DNA of 64,000 nucleotides from a bacterium (lineage in GTDB: Bacteria > Patescibacteriota > Patescibacteriia > UBA9934), in assembly GCA_027592325.1 (NCBI GenBank), contig JAQCKO010000003.1, positions 941-64,940 on the forward strand, read 5' to 3'. Positions within the stretch are counted from its first letter, which is position 1, and every line of letters starts with the position of its first letter. Made by a program: the position numbers and the translations under genes. Positions 1-7,928 of the stretch are shown here, one piece after another. Under the pieces are notes generated by a model. That model made no database searches and was not told the DNA's origin. It worked only from the letters and a program-made list of their open reading frames with translations.

Positions 1-9
1 AAGTTCTAT

Positions 10-1917
10 CTACTGACAGACAACGCATTCCTCGGTATCAAAGTCTCGTTTCACGCTATCTGCCTCAATACCACGCGCTTGAATTGGGGCAGACGACCGC
101 AGGTAGTAAAGGCTCTTCAATCCCGCTTTCCACGCAAGGAAGTGGGCATCGTGTAGATACTTACCGCTAATTGGGGTTTCGTAGAACAAGTTAAGCGACT
201 GTGCCTGATCAATCCACGGTTGACGTTCACCTGCCTGTTCTACAACCTCACGCATATTAATTTCATATCCAGTACGGAAGACCGCTTTTTCTTCTTCAGA
301 CAGAATATCGAGGTGCTGAACCGATCCTTTCGCCGCAATAATGGACTTCCACACGTCATCGGTATCATGCCCTTTTTCTTCAAGGAGCTTTTTCAGGAAT
401 TTATTTTTCACAAGAAAACTACCTGAAAGTGTTTTCTGCAAATAGGCATTTCCAGAAATTGGCTCGGTACAAGGCGTTGCTTCTCCGCAAATGAAACTAG
501 TTGAAGCTGTTGGTTGAATAGAGCTGGTGTAGCTATTGCGGCGCGTTCCACCATCGAGTGGCAGTCCGCGTTCACGCCCTAGTCGTTCAGAAGCGGCATG
601 TGTTGCTTCACCAATCGCTTTGTAAATCTCTTTATTGATCGCCCGCGCGAGGATGCTTTCAAATGGCACATTACTCTTCATCAGATATCCATGATATCCC
701 ATGGTTCCAAGTCCAATCGAACGCTCACTTTTTACCGAGTGAATGGCTTTTTTATACTCCTCTGCAGGGGCAAGCTCGCAGAATGTATCAAGGTTATTAT
801 CAAGTGCTTTCACGCAGAGATAGGTGATTTCTTCAACCTGATCTTTCCAATCATCCCATGTTTCAAGGTTCAAGTTCCCAAGGCAGCAAACGGCAGTACG
901 GTCATTTGTTGTTGGAAGCATGATTTCGGTACAAAGATTGCTTTGGCGAATTTCAAGGCCAAGATCTTTGTGATGCTGAGGACGCGCTTTGTTAGCGGTA
1001 TCGATGAAAACAAGATATGGCTCGCCGGTTTCTGCACGCATGGTAAGCAGTTTTCGCCACATTTCAAGGGCAGAAAGCTTCTTTGTAACCGTTTTATAGT
1101 GAGGGTCAATGAGCTCGTATTCTTCGTCATTCTCAACCGCCTGCATGAATTTGTCGGTAATGACGACGCCATGATGAATATTGAGCGTTTTACGGTCGAT
1201 ATCTCCTCCAGTCGGCTTACGAATTTCAAGAAAATCTTCAATGTCTGGATGATCAATACGAAGATAAGCAGCAGCAGCACCGCGACGTGTTGAATTGCGC
1301 GAAATTGCGAGTGTTTCTGAGTCCATGATTTTGAGGAAAGGAATCACCCCGCTTGATTTGAGTCCACTCGACTTTAGTGGGGCATTTTGTCCTCGAAGCT
1401 GTGACCAATCTGTTCCAATTCCTCCGCCGTATTTTGAAAGGAAGGCATTTTCGCGGTAGACATCGAAAATTCCGCCAAGGTCGTCTGGAACGGTATTAAG
1501 GAAACAAGAAATAGGAAGACCTTTGTTTGTCCCAATATTCATGAGTACAGGGGTTGCTGGGGTGAACCAAAGCAAACTCATACTGTCGTACAGCTTTTGT
1601 GCGAAAGCAGCATCGCCACGCGACATACCTGTTGCGACACGCGCAAAGAATGTTTGCGGACGCTCACAGATTTGGTCCTTCTCGTCACGAAGGAAATAGC
1701 GTTCTTTTAAGTTTTCAAGTCCAAAATAGGTAAGCAATTTGTCACGTTCGGGCCGAAGCTGAATGCCTGATTGAATGGCACGGTCGGTAATGTAGTGAGG
1801 ATGATCCCAGCTGTGCTTTCCTTCGGTTTCCTCATGAATTTCCTGAAGAAGGTGATCGCGAGCAGCTACGAGATTATGCGTTGAAATGGCTTCAATGATG
1901 GCGGTTCGGTGAGACAT
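10..1917 (-). CDS. ribonucleoside-diphosphate reductase alpha (large) subunit, class I
   Basis: 635-aa ORF with the class I catalytic-site motif SNLCTEI and a C-terminal redox Cys pair (EECVVCQ). TAG stop at 10-12. Immediately downstream of the R2 gene on the same strand. Confidence 0.9.
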   Translation of the reverse strand: MSHRTAIIEAISTHNLVAARDHLLQEIHEETEGKHSWDHPHYITDRAIQSGIQLRPERDKLLTYFGLENLKERYFLRDEKDQICERPQTFFARVATGMSRGDAAFAQKLYDSMSLLWFTPATPVLMNIGTNKGLPISCFLNTVPDDLGGIFDVYRENAFLSKYGGGIGTDWSQLRGQNAPLKSSGLKSSGVIPFLKIMDSETLAISRNSTRRGAAAAYLRIDHPDIEDFLEIRKPTGGDIDRKTLNIHHGVVITDKFMQAVENDEEYELIDPHYKTVTKKLSALEMWRKLLTMRAETGEPYLVFIDTANKARPQHHKDLGLEIRQSNLCTEIMLPTTNDRTAVCCLGNLNLETWDDWKDQVEEITYLCVKALDNNLDTFCELAPAEEYKKAIHSVKSERSIGLGTMGYHGYLMKSNVPFESILARAINKEIYKAIGEATHAASERLGRERGLPLDGGTRRNSYTSSIQPTASTSFICGEATPCTEPISGNAYLQKTLSGSFLVKNKFLKKLLEEKGHDTDDVWKSIIAAKGSVQHLDILSEEEKAVFRTGYEINMREVVEQAGERQPWIDQAQSLNLFYETPISGKYLHDAHFLAWKAGLKSLYYLRSSAPIQARGIEADSVKRDFDTEECVVCQ

Positions 1918-1962
1918 AGTGGGGGGATGTCGTTAGGGTTAAGTATGGTTGAAGAGTGAAGG

Positions 1963-2955
1963 TTACCAGTCAGAGACAACAGCGCCTTTTGCGTATTCTG
2001 TAGCTCGATTCTCAAAGAAGTTTGTATGTTCTTTTGCATTCACCATCACATCAAGCCAGCTAAGGGGGTTTGACGCTCCGTAAACTTTATCGAGGCCAAG
2101 GTCATTAAACTTCTTGTCTGCAGTGTAGCGAATATATGTTTTTACATCTTCAGGCTTAAGACCCGGAACGGCTCCCATGTCAAAGCATGTATCGACAAAT
2201 TTATCTTCAAGAGCGACAATTTCTTTCCCTGCGGCATACAGTTTCTGCTGCAGTTCCGATGTCCAAAGGCTTCGATTTTCCCTTATCAAATCTGCAAATA
2301 AATTGCATACACCTTCCGAATGTAACGTTTCGTCACGAATGCTCCAAGTCACAATTTGCCCGACGCCACGTAATTTTCCAAGCCGTGGAAAATTCATCAA
2401 AATCGCGAACGAGGCAAATAGGCTCACGCCCTCCATGAACGCTCCAAAGACCGCCATGTTCAGGATTAAATCTTCAACACTATTTACGTCAAAAGAATTG
2501 ATAAACTCAGATTTATTCCGCATTGAGTCATATTCAAGAAAGGCAGAGTATTCGCTTTCAGGAAGGCCAAGTGAATCGTTGAGATAGGAATATGCCCATA
2601 CATGAATACTTTCCATAGCCGCAAAAGCAGAGAGCATCATTTTAATTTCTGGCTTCGGAAAAGCAGGAATGAGCTTTGTATTGTAATTATTGTTTACTTC
2701 AACGTCACCTTGTGTAAAAAAGCGTAAAATCTGCATGACAAGATTTTTCTCTTCTTCAGAGAGATTGAATCGATAGTCTGTAATGTCATTTTCCATTGGA
2801 ACCTCAGTCGGTAGCCAATGTGCTTGATTTTGTTGTCGAAAATACTCAAAATACTGCGGATACTCGAATGGCCGGAAAACAGCACGTGGAGTAAGGATGG
2901 GGCTTGTTCCGTGAATATGTGTCATAAATGGGTTCCTCCGCCCTAAATTGGGCAA
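1963..2955 (-). CDS. ribonucleoside-diphosphate reductase beta (small) subunit, ferritin-like di-iron protein
   Basis: 330 aa with ferritin-like ExxH pairs (MESIHVW, DETLHSEGV) and FMEGVSLFASF. Length and layout are typical of R2. Gene order on the minus strand is beta then alpha. Confidence 0.85.
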   Translation of the reverse strand: MPNLGRRNPFMTHIHGTSPILTPRAVFRPFEYPQYFEYFRQQNQAHWLPTEVPMENDITDYRFNLSEEEKNLVMQILRFFTQGDVEVNNNYNTKLIPAFPKPEIKMMLSAFAAMESIHVWAYSYLNDSLGLPESEYSAFLEYDSMRNKSEFINSFDVNSVEDLILNMAVFGAFMEGVSLFASFAILMNFPRLGKLRGVGQIVTWSIRDETLHSEGVCNLFADLIRENRSLWTSELQQKLYAAGKEIVALEDKFVDTCFDMGAVPGLKPEDVKTYIRYTADKKFNDLGLDKVYGASNPLSWLDVMVNAKEHTNFFENRATEYAKGAVVSDW

Positions 2956-3189
2956 AATGAAAAGACCTATCGAAGGGGATGGTCTTTCCGCTTCCGGGTG
3001 GGATCAAGTAAAGTTCGCTTGTATTCCCGCGCCGAAGCGGTACGCGTATATTAGCACAATGCTCCTTTTGGTAACGAATAAAGGGTGTGCATAAATCCCA
3101 TATATTGTGTGGCTATTGAATGATTGGCACTATATGTAGTGGTACCGTTCATTTTTCCTTAATATACGCGCTCACTCATAAAAACTGTT

Positions 3190-4152
3190 CTATTGCCATT
3201 TAAATGCAGCACCTCGCATAATATGATTTGCAAAACGCTGAATGAGGCGAGTAACACCTGGACGCATTTCGTTGTGCAAAGAATGATCACCTCCATTAAC
3301 GACATGTGTAAATGCATTTATGCCTGATGCTCGCAGGACAGCCGCAAAATCTTCCTGTCTTTGTTCGTCATTTTTTGGGTCTTCACTGCCAACAATCAGG
3401 AGAGCAGGTGGGTCGTTAGGGTCAACGTAATTTATTGCCCCGTCCCTTGCAATCATGCCAGAGCGGTTAATTTTCACGTCGTCGTATAAGTTTTCTTGCG
3501 TAGCAAGGTAGTCAAGCGGTGCGATAATCTCGCTTCCAAACGGAGAAATAGTGACATCCACACCTTCTGGAATGAGATTTCCAAAGTGGGTGCTCTCCCC
3601 GTAATACCCAGCAATCGTGTAAGGTTCTTGAGAGCTACAGTTGTTCAACCAGTCAACGGTATCTTCATAAATCATGCGTGAAGTAATAACCCCTCCAAGC
3701 GAATAGCCATGGACCAAAAATTGTGAATTATCGCCGCCATAAACAGGTGCAATGCTCACCAGATGCGAAAGTGCACATGCGATATCGTATTCAAAACCTT
3801 CCTCTGAGTAGCGAAAATTTGTATTTGCAACAATGAAGCCAATATCGGTGTAGGTTGAGATACGATTCACGACTTTTTGCTTATCACCTTCGTCTTCACT
3901 GCCTCCGTGAACAAGTAAAACGACAGGAGCATTGGTATTGGTTTCACGATAATGCAAATCAAATGTTTGTAGATTATCGCTTCCGTAGGAGATATCACGC
4001 GCAATGGTAACAGGCGCATTTATTTGTGTTTGAATGTCTTCGTCTAGCTTCGTTGGATCTGTAAATATGCTCTGAAAGATAATGAACAGCGTAATCGCAG
4101 CGATTATGCCGATTCCACCTATGATGTATAAAGGGATAGTTGATGTGCGCAT
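3190..4152 (-). CDS. alpha/beta-fold hydrolase (esterase/lipase-like) with N-terminal membrane anchor
   Basis: GYSLGG nucleophile elbow (GxSxG), HGGSED oxyanion-region motif and an N-terminal hydrophobic helix. Confidence 0.7.
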   Translation of the reverse strand: MRTSTIPLYIIGGIGIIAAITLFIIFQSIFTDPTKLDEDIQTQINAPVTIARDISYGSDNLQTFDLHYRETNTNAPVVLLVHGGSEDEGDKQKVVNRISTYTDIGFIVANTNFRYSEEGFEYDIACALSHLVSIAPVYGGDNSQFLVHGYSLGGVITSRMIYEDTVDWLNNCSSQEPYTIAGYYGESTHFGNLIPEGVDVTISPFGSEIIAPLDYLATQENLYDDVKINRSGMIARDGAINYVDPNDPPALLIVGSEDPKNDEQRQEDFAAVLRASGINAFTHVVNGGDHSLHNEMRPGVTRLIQRFANHIMRGAAFKWQ

Positions 4153-4208
4153 AAAAGCAGAGTAAATGTTAATATGAATATATTACCATTTTTAATTGTT
4201 TTTGTTAC

Positions 4209-4457
4209 ATGAAAAACATCACCATTTACACACAAAGTTATTGCATGTACTGTCAGCGGGCGAAATATACGCTAAGGCAAGAGGGGTTTGATTTTGAAGA
4301 AATCGACATTACCGAAAATCCGCAGTTACGAACTGAAATACAAGTAAAAACGGGAATGTATACGATGCCACAGATTTTTGTCGGCGAGGAATTCATCGGT
4401 GGCAGTGATGACCTTGATCGGCACATAGAAGAGGTGCGTGCGATGATGAGGTGGTAA
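4209..4457 (+). CDS. glutaredoxin-family thiol-disulfide oxidoreductase
   Basis: 82 aa with a CMYC (CxxC) active site near the N-terminus and the QIFVGEEFIGG motif typical of glutaredoxins. Lies next to the RNR genes. Confidence 0.8.
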   Translation: MKNITIYTQSYCMYCQRAKYTLRQEGFDFEEIDITENPQLRTEIQVKTGMYTMPQIFVGEEFIGGSDDLDRHIEEVRAMMRW

Positions 4458-4517
4458 GTGGCCATGCTTGCTGAAGTTTGGTTGTAGGTTGTATGAGGTA
4501 GGTGGTACGATCGGAAT

Positions 4518-5285
4518 ATGTCAAAATTACTTCTCTCATGGAATGTGAATGGTGTGCGTGCAGCAGTCCAAAAAGGTTTTTTAGAATTTTTGCGTGATGT
4601 AGAGCCAGATGTTCTTGGTATTCAAGAAACAAAAGCCCATACCGAGCAGCTTGGGGACGATGTATTACATCCGGAAGGATATACCGGTATTTGGAATCAG
4701 GCGAAGAAAAAGGGATATAGCGGTGTTGCAACGTTTGTTAAAGACAAACCAGCATTTAGTACGTCGCAATTTGGGGAAGATTTGCTTGATGAAGAGGGGC
4801 GTATTGTTCTTACCGAGCATGACGGATTTTATTTGTTTAACGTCTATTTTCCAAATGGTGGGCGAGGGGAGGAGAGGCTGAAATACAAACTTGATTTTTA
4901 CAAAAGGTTTTTGGAGCTTGCAAATGCCTACAGGAAAAAACATCCGGTGATTATTTGCGGGGACATCAATACGGCACATCGTGAAATTGATCTTGCACGT
5001 CCAAAGCAAAACGAGAAAACGAGCGGATTCATGCCTGTTGAACGTGCATGGCTAGACGAACTTGAAGCGAATGGATACGTCGACAGTTTCCGCGCGTTTC
5101 ATCCAGGCGAGGCAGAATGGTATACCTGGTGGGATATGAAATCACGTTCTCGTGACCGGAATGTTGGCTGGCGGATTGATTATTTTTGGGTCGATAAAGC
5201 CCTCATGCCACGTGTAACGGACGCGTTTATTTTACGAGATATTCATGGAAGTGATCATTGTCCGGTAGGCATTCGTATTGATTAG
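4518..5285 (+). CDS. xth: exodeoxyribonuclease III / AP endonuclease
   Basis: N-terminal LLSWNVNGVRA, then GDINTAHREIDL and a C-terminal SDHCPV. 255 aa, classic ExoIII/EEP-fold signature. Confidence 0.85.
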   Translation: MSKLLLSWNVNGVRAAVQKGFLEFLRDVEPDVLGIQETKAHTEQLGDDVLHPEGYTGIWNQAKKKGYSGVATFVKDKPAFSTSQFGEDLLDEEGRIVLTEHDGFYLFNVYFPNGGRGEERLKYKLDFYKRFLELANAYRKKHPVIICGDINTAHREIDLARPKQNEKTSGFMPVERAWLDELEANGYVDSFRAFHPGEAEWYTWWDMKSRSRDRNVGWRIDYFWVDKALMPRVTDAFILRDIHGSDHCPVGIRID

Positions 5286-6466
5286 CTTGGCATTTCCTCA
5301 AGCGTGAGTGTGGTTGTGAGTTCATCTTCGCCCCGAAGTATACGAAGCGTTACCTTGTCGCCAACATTGTAGCGACGAATAAGAATCGCAAGACTTTGTT
5401 CTTGCGTGATATTGTCCTCATTTACGGAGAGGATAATGTCGCCCTCCTGCAGGCCGGCTTTTGCAGCCGGCGAATCGTTGAGGATGGCATTTTCGCCGGT
5501 TACATACGCTCCATTTTGGACAGGAAGTTCAATGTCTGCAAAAGGGACAGGGATGTACTGAACACCAATATATGGACGAATGACCCGTCCATTTTCGATA
5601 ATCGATTCTATGGTCATTTGTACGGTATTTGACGGGAGAGCAAACCCGATATTCTCTGAACCAGATGCAACGGCAACATTTACACCTATAACCTCACCAC
5701 GAAGATTAAGGAGCGGTCCGCCAGAATTTCCGGGATTAATCGCTGCATCAGTTTGAATGACATTATCAAGAAGTTCAGAATTGCCGCGATTATCTCCTGC
5801 AATAATTGATCGCGACAGACCAGAAACAACGCCGGTCGAAACGGAATTGCTGTATTCGGCGAGAGCATTCCCAATGGCAATTACCGACTGACCAAGCCGA
5901 AGCTGTTCAGAATCACCGAATGTGAGATAGGGAAGCTGTTGTCCGTCAATTTTCAATAAGGCAATATCGAGCATGGTATCGCGATCAATCACATCGGCGA
6001 TAAAGTCTCGTCCATCTGGAAGGTGCACCGTATAGGTAGCGTCAATGCTTGAGACTACATGGGCATTGGTGACCAAATAGCCGTCTTCAGAAACGATAAA
6101 ACCAGATCCTCCACCGACTTCACGCTCAATAGTTCCATCTTGTTCTAAGAGTGGGACCTGAATGTCAAGGCCGAAGAAATCCTCGAATGGATTATCGAAA
6201 ACACGATTGAAACTTGGGACTTCTTCGGTAATGCTAATCGCCACAACGGCAGGGTTTACGACATCAACAATATCGGCGACACCGAGGACGGTTCCATTGA
6301 GACTGCTCGTAAGCATTGCTGCCTTACGCGTAAGATCGGTTTCAACGGGTTGCATAAGAAGATAGAGCCCCACGAATGAAAGCGTAAAAATCGCTCCTAT
6401 AATACCGCCGGTAATAGTATTCGAGAGTGATGATTGTTTTATTGATGACATATCTCTATTGTTCAC
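5282..6466 (-). CDS. htrA: HtrA/DegP-family trypsin-like serine protease with PDZ domain
   Basis: GNSGGPL serine motif with upstream His/Asp. C-terminal PDZ-like region and N-terminal TM helix. Confidence 0.85.
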   Translation of the reverse strand: MNNRDMSSIKQSSLSNTITGGIIGAIFTLSFVGLYLLMQPVETDLTRKAAMLTSSLNGTVLGVADIVDVVNPAVVAISITEEVPSFNRVFDNPFEDFFGLDIQVPLLEQDGTIEREVGGGSGFIVSEDGYLVTNAHVVSSIDATYTVHLPDGRDFIADVIDRDTMLDIALLKIDGQQLPYLTFGDSEQLRLGQSVIAIGNALAEYSNSVSTGVVSGLSRSIIAGDNRGNSELLDNVIQTDAAINPGNSGGPLLNLRGEVIGVNVAVASGSENIGFALPSNTVQMTIESIIENGRVIRPYIGVQYIPVPFADIELPVQNGAYVTGENAILNDSPAAKAGLQEGDIILSVNEDNITQEQSLAILIRRYNVGDKVTLRILRGEDELTTTLTLEEMPS

Positions 6467-7061
6467 GATTCATGTGAGTATGTTACACCTCGATTGACGA
6501 GCTGTGTAGTTCGCGAGACGTTTTAGAGGAGGGGGTTAGATGAAACTTCAAAACGCCTCGTATTGCATGAAGACACGAACGGCTACCTATTAGGTGACGA
6601 GCCACGGCACATCTGCACAGACGAATCACGGTACACTAGTCGTGACGTTAGCGTTTAGCGCAGTGATGTCAGATATCATGTGTGCATTGGCAATCGCACA
6701 CGATGTAGTGCAAGAGGGGGAGGTTAATCTGGAGAGCGACAGATCCGGATGATCAAGTGAGACATGTTGTTTTGCGTGGGAGCAAGTGGGATTGTTGATG
6801 CGTCAGCTTGAGACGAGTGCCCAAAAGGAGGAATTTTGGCGAATTGTTTCAGATGCGCATCATCGCATTGTCTCGGAAGTCTTTGCTCAAGAGCTTATGC
6901 GCCGCCATTTGGTAGTAGCTCTTCCCCATGTGTGACCACCTTCTTTGTGGGGGTGGTCTTGAATATTTCTCAACGATCTGTTATCATTCTGTCACAATTT
7001 TCTGTTCAAAAGACTCGTTGTACAAATAGTCCGCACAGGAAATAAAATGAAAGAACAACCT

Positions 7062-7136
7062 TCCGGGGTAGCTCAGTGGCAGAGCAGTTGGCTGTTAACC
7101 AATTGGTCGTGGGTTCGAATCCCACCCCCGGAGCCA
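7062..7136 (+). tRNA. tRNA-Asn (anticodon GTT)
   Basis: Hand-folded cloverleaf. Acceptor stem TCCGGGG/CCCCGGA, D arm GCTC-AGTGGCA-GAGC and anticodon loop CTGTTAA. T arm GTGGG-TTCGAAT-CCCAC, discriminator G and encoded CCA. Confidence 0.9.
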
Positions 7137-7145
7137 TCAAAGAAT

Positions 7146-7170
7146 CTCAGTTTTACTGAGGTTTTTTGTT
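7146..7170 (+). terminator. intrinsic terminator after tRNA-Asn
   Basis: Hairpin CTCAG-TTTTA-CTGAG followed by TTTTTTGTTT. Confidence 0.7.
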
Positions 7171-7215
7171 TGACCCAAGTGGGATTTCAGAACCCTAGTG
7201 TGATAACATGGCTCC
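7169..7215 (+). promoter_or_regulatory. conserved junction block P1 (TTTGACCCAAGTGGGAYKTCRGAACC...TGATAA), candidate promoter/leader
   Basis: Near-identical 40-45 nt blocks at 7169-7215, 13069-13110, 14152-14193, 21636-21677 and 22420-22447. Each lies between a junction terminator and the next cassette gene and contains the -35-like TTGACC. Confidence 0.4.
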
Positions 7216-7217
7216 AT

Positions 7218-7928
7218 ATGTTTTTAGAAGAAATGAAAACAACAGATTTTGAGGAAGGCAAAAAGTACATTTTTGTCATTCCAACGGGATCTACGGAACA
7301 ACATGGACCGTTCCTACCGCTTGGCACGGATTCTTACATTCAGGATGCAATTATCAATGGGGCCGAGAAACAGCTGACTGAGTTTATCTTTCTTCCAACG
7401 ATGCGGATTACTTGCTCAGAGGAACATGAAGGTTTTGCGGGGTCTGTTTGGATTTCACTCGATACTATGGAGCGTGTAATGAACGATATCTGTAAGTCGC
7501 TAGAGCCTTACGCTAAGAAGTTCATTTTCACTACGGCTCACGGTGGAAATATTGAGGTATTAAAGCGATTTGTTGAAAAGCATAAAAATGATTTTCCTAA
7601 TATCGAACTTCATTACGTAGACCCTGATAACGAAGAGATCGAGGAGAAGACGGTTGAATTGATTGGCGGACCAGTGGAAGATCATGCTGGTAACACGGAA
7701 ATCTCTATTATGCTTGGAATTCGTAACGACCTAACAATGATCCCAACTAAAGATTACCCGAAAAAGATTCTTGATAATGCTTTCAAAACAAATCGCTTGA
7801 AAGATTTCTCAGAAGACGGGATTGCCGATAACCATCCAGATTGGGTAATAGATGAAAGCCACGGAGAAAAGATACTGGACTGGATTGTTGAAGATTTTGT
7901 CGACTCATTGAAGAAGATTGTAAGCTAG
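7218..7928 (+). CDS. creatininase-family amidohydrolase
   Basis: IPTGSTEQHGPFLPLGTD motif. Start trimmed to the first ATG (7218) downstream of the tRNA, because the raw ORF 7047-7928 overlaps the tRNA. Confidence 0.7.
   Translation: MFLEEMKTTDFEEGKKYIFVIPTGSTEQHGPFLPLGTDSYIQDAIINGAEKQLTEFIFLPTMRITCSEEHEGFAGSVWISLDTMERVMNDICKSLEPYAKKFIFTTAHGGNIEVLKRFVEKHKNDFPNIELHYVDPDNEEIEEKTVELIGGPVEDHAGNTEISIMLGIRNDLTMIPTKDYPKKILDNAFKTNRLKDFSEDGIADNHPDWVIDESHGEKILDWIVEDFVDSLKKIVS

Noticed and set aside
598-1293. 231-aa plus-strand ORF, and 136-aa ORF 870-1280, inside the RNR alpha gene
   Set aside because: Antisense or alternate-frame shadow ORFs within a strongly supported conserved gene, with no motifs.
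7047-7217. N-terminal 57 codons of raw ORF 7047-7928
   Set aside because: They overlap the tRNA-Asn gene, its terminator and the conserved junction block. The creatininase-family CDS starts at ATG 7218.
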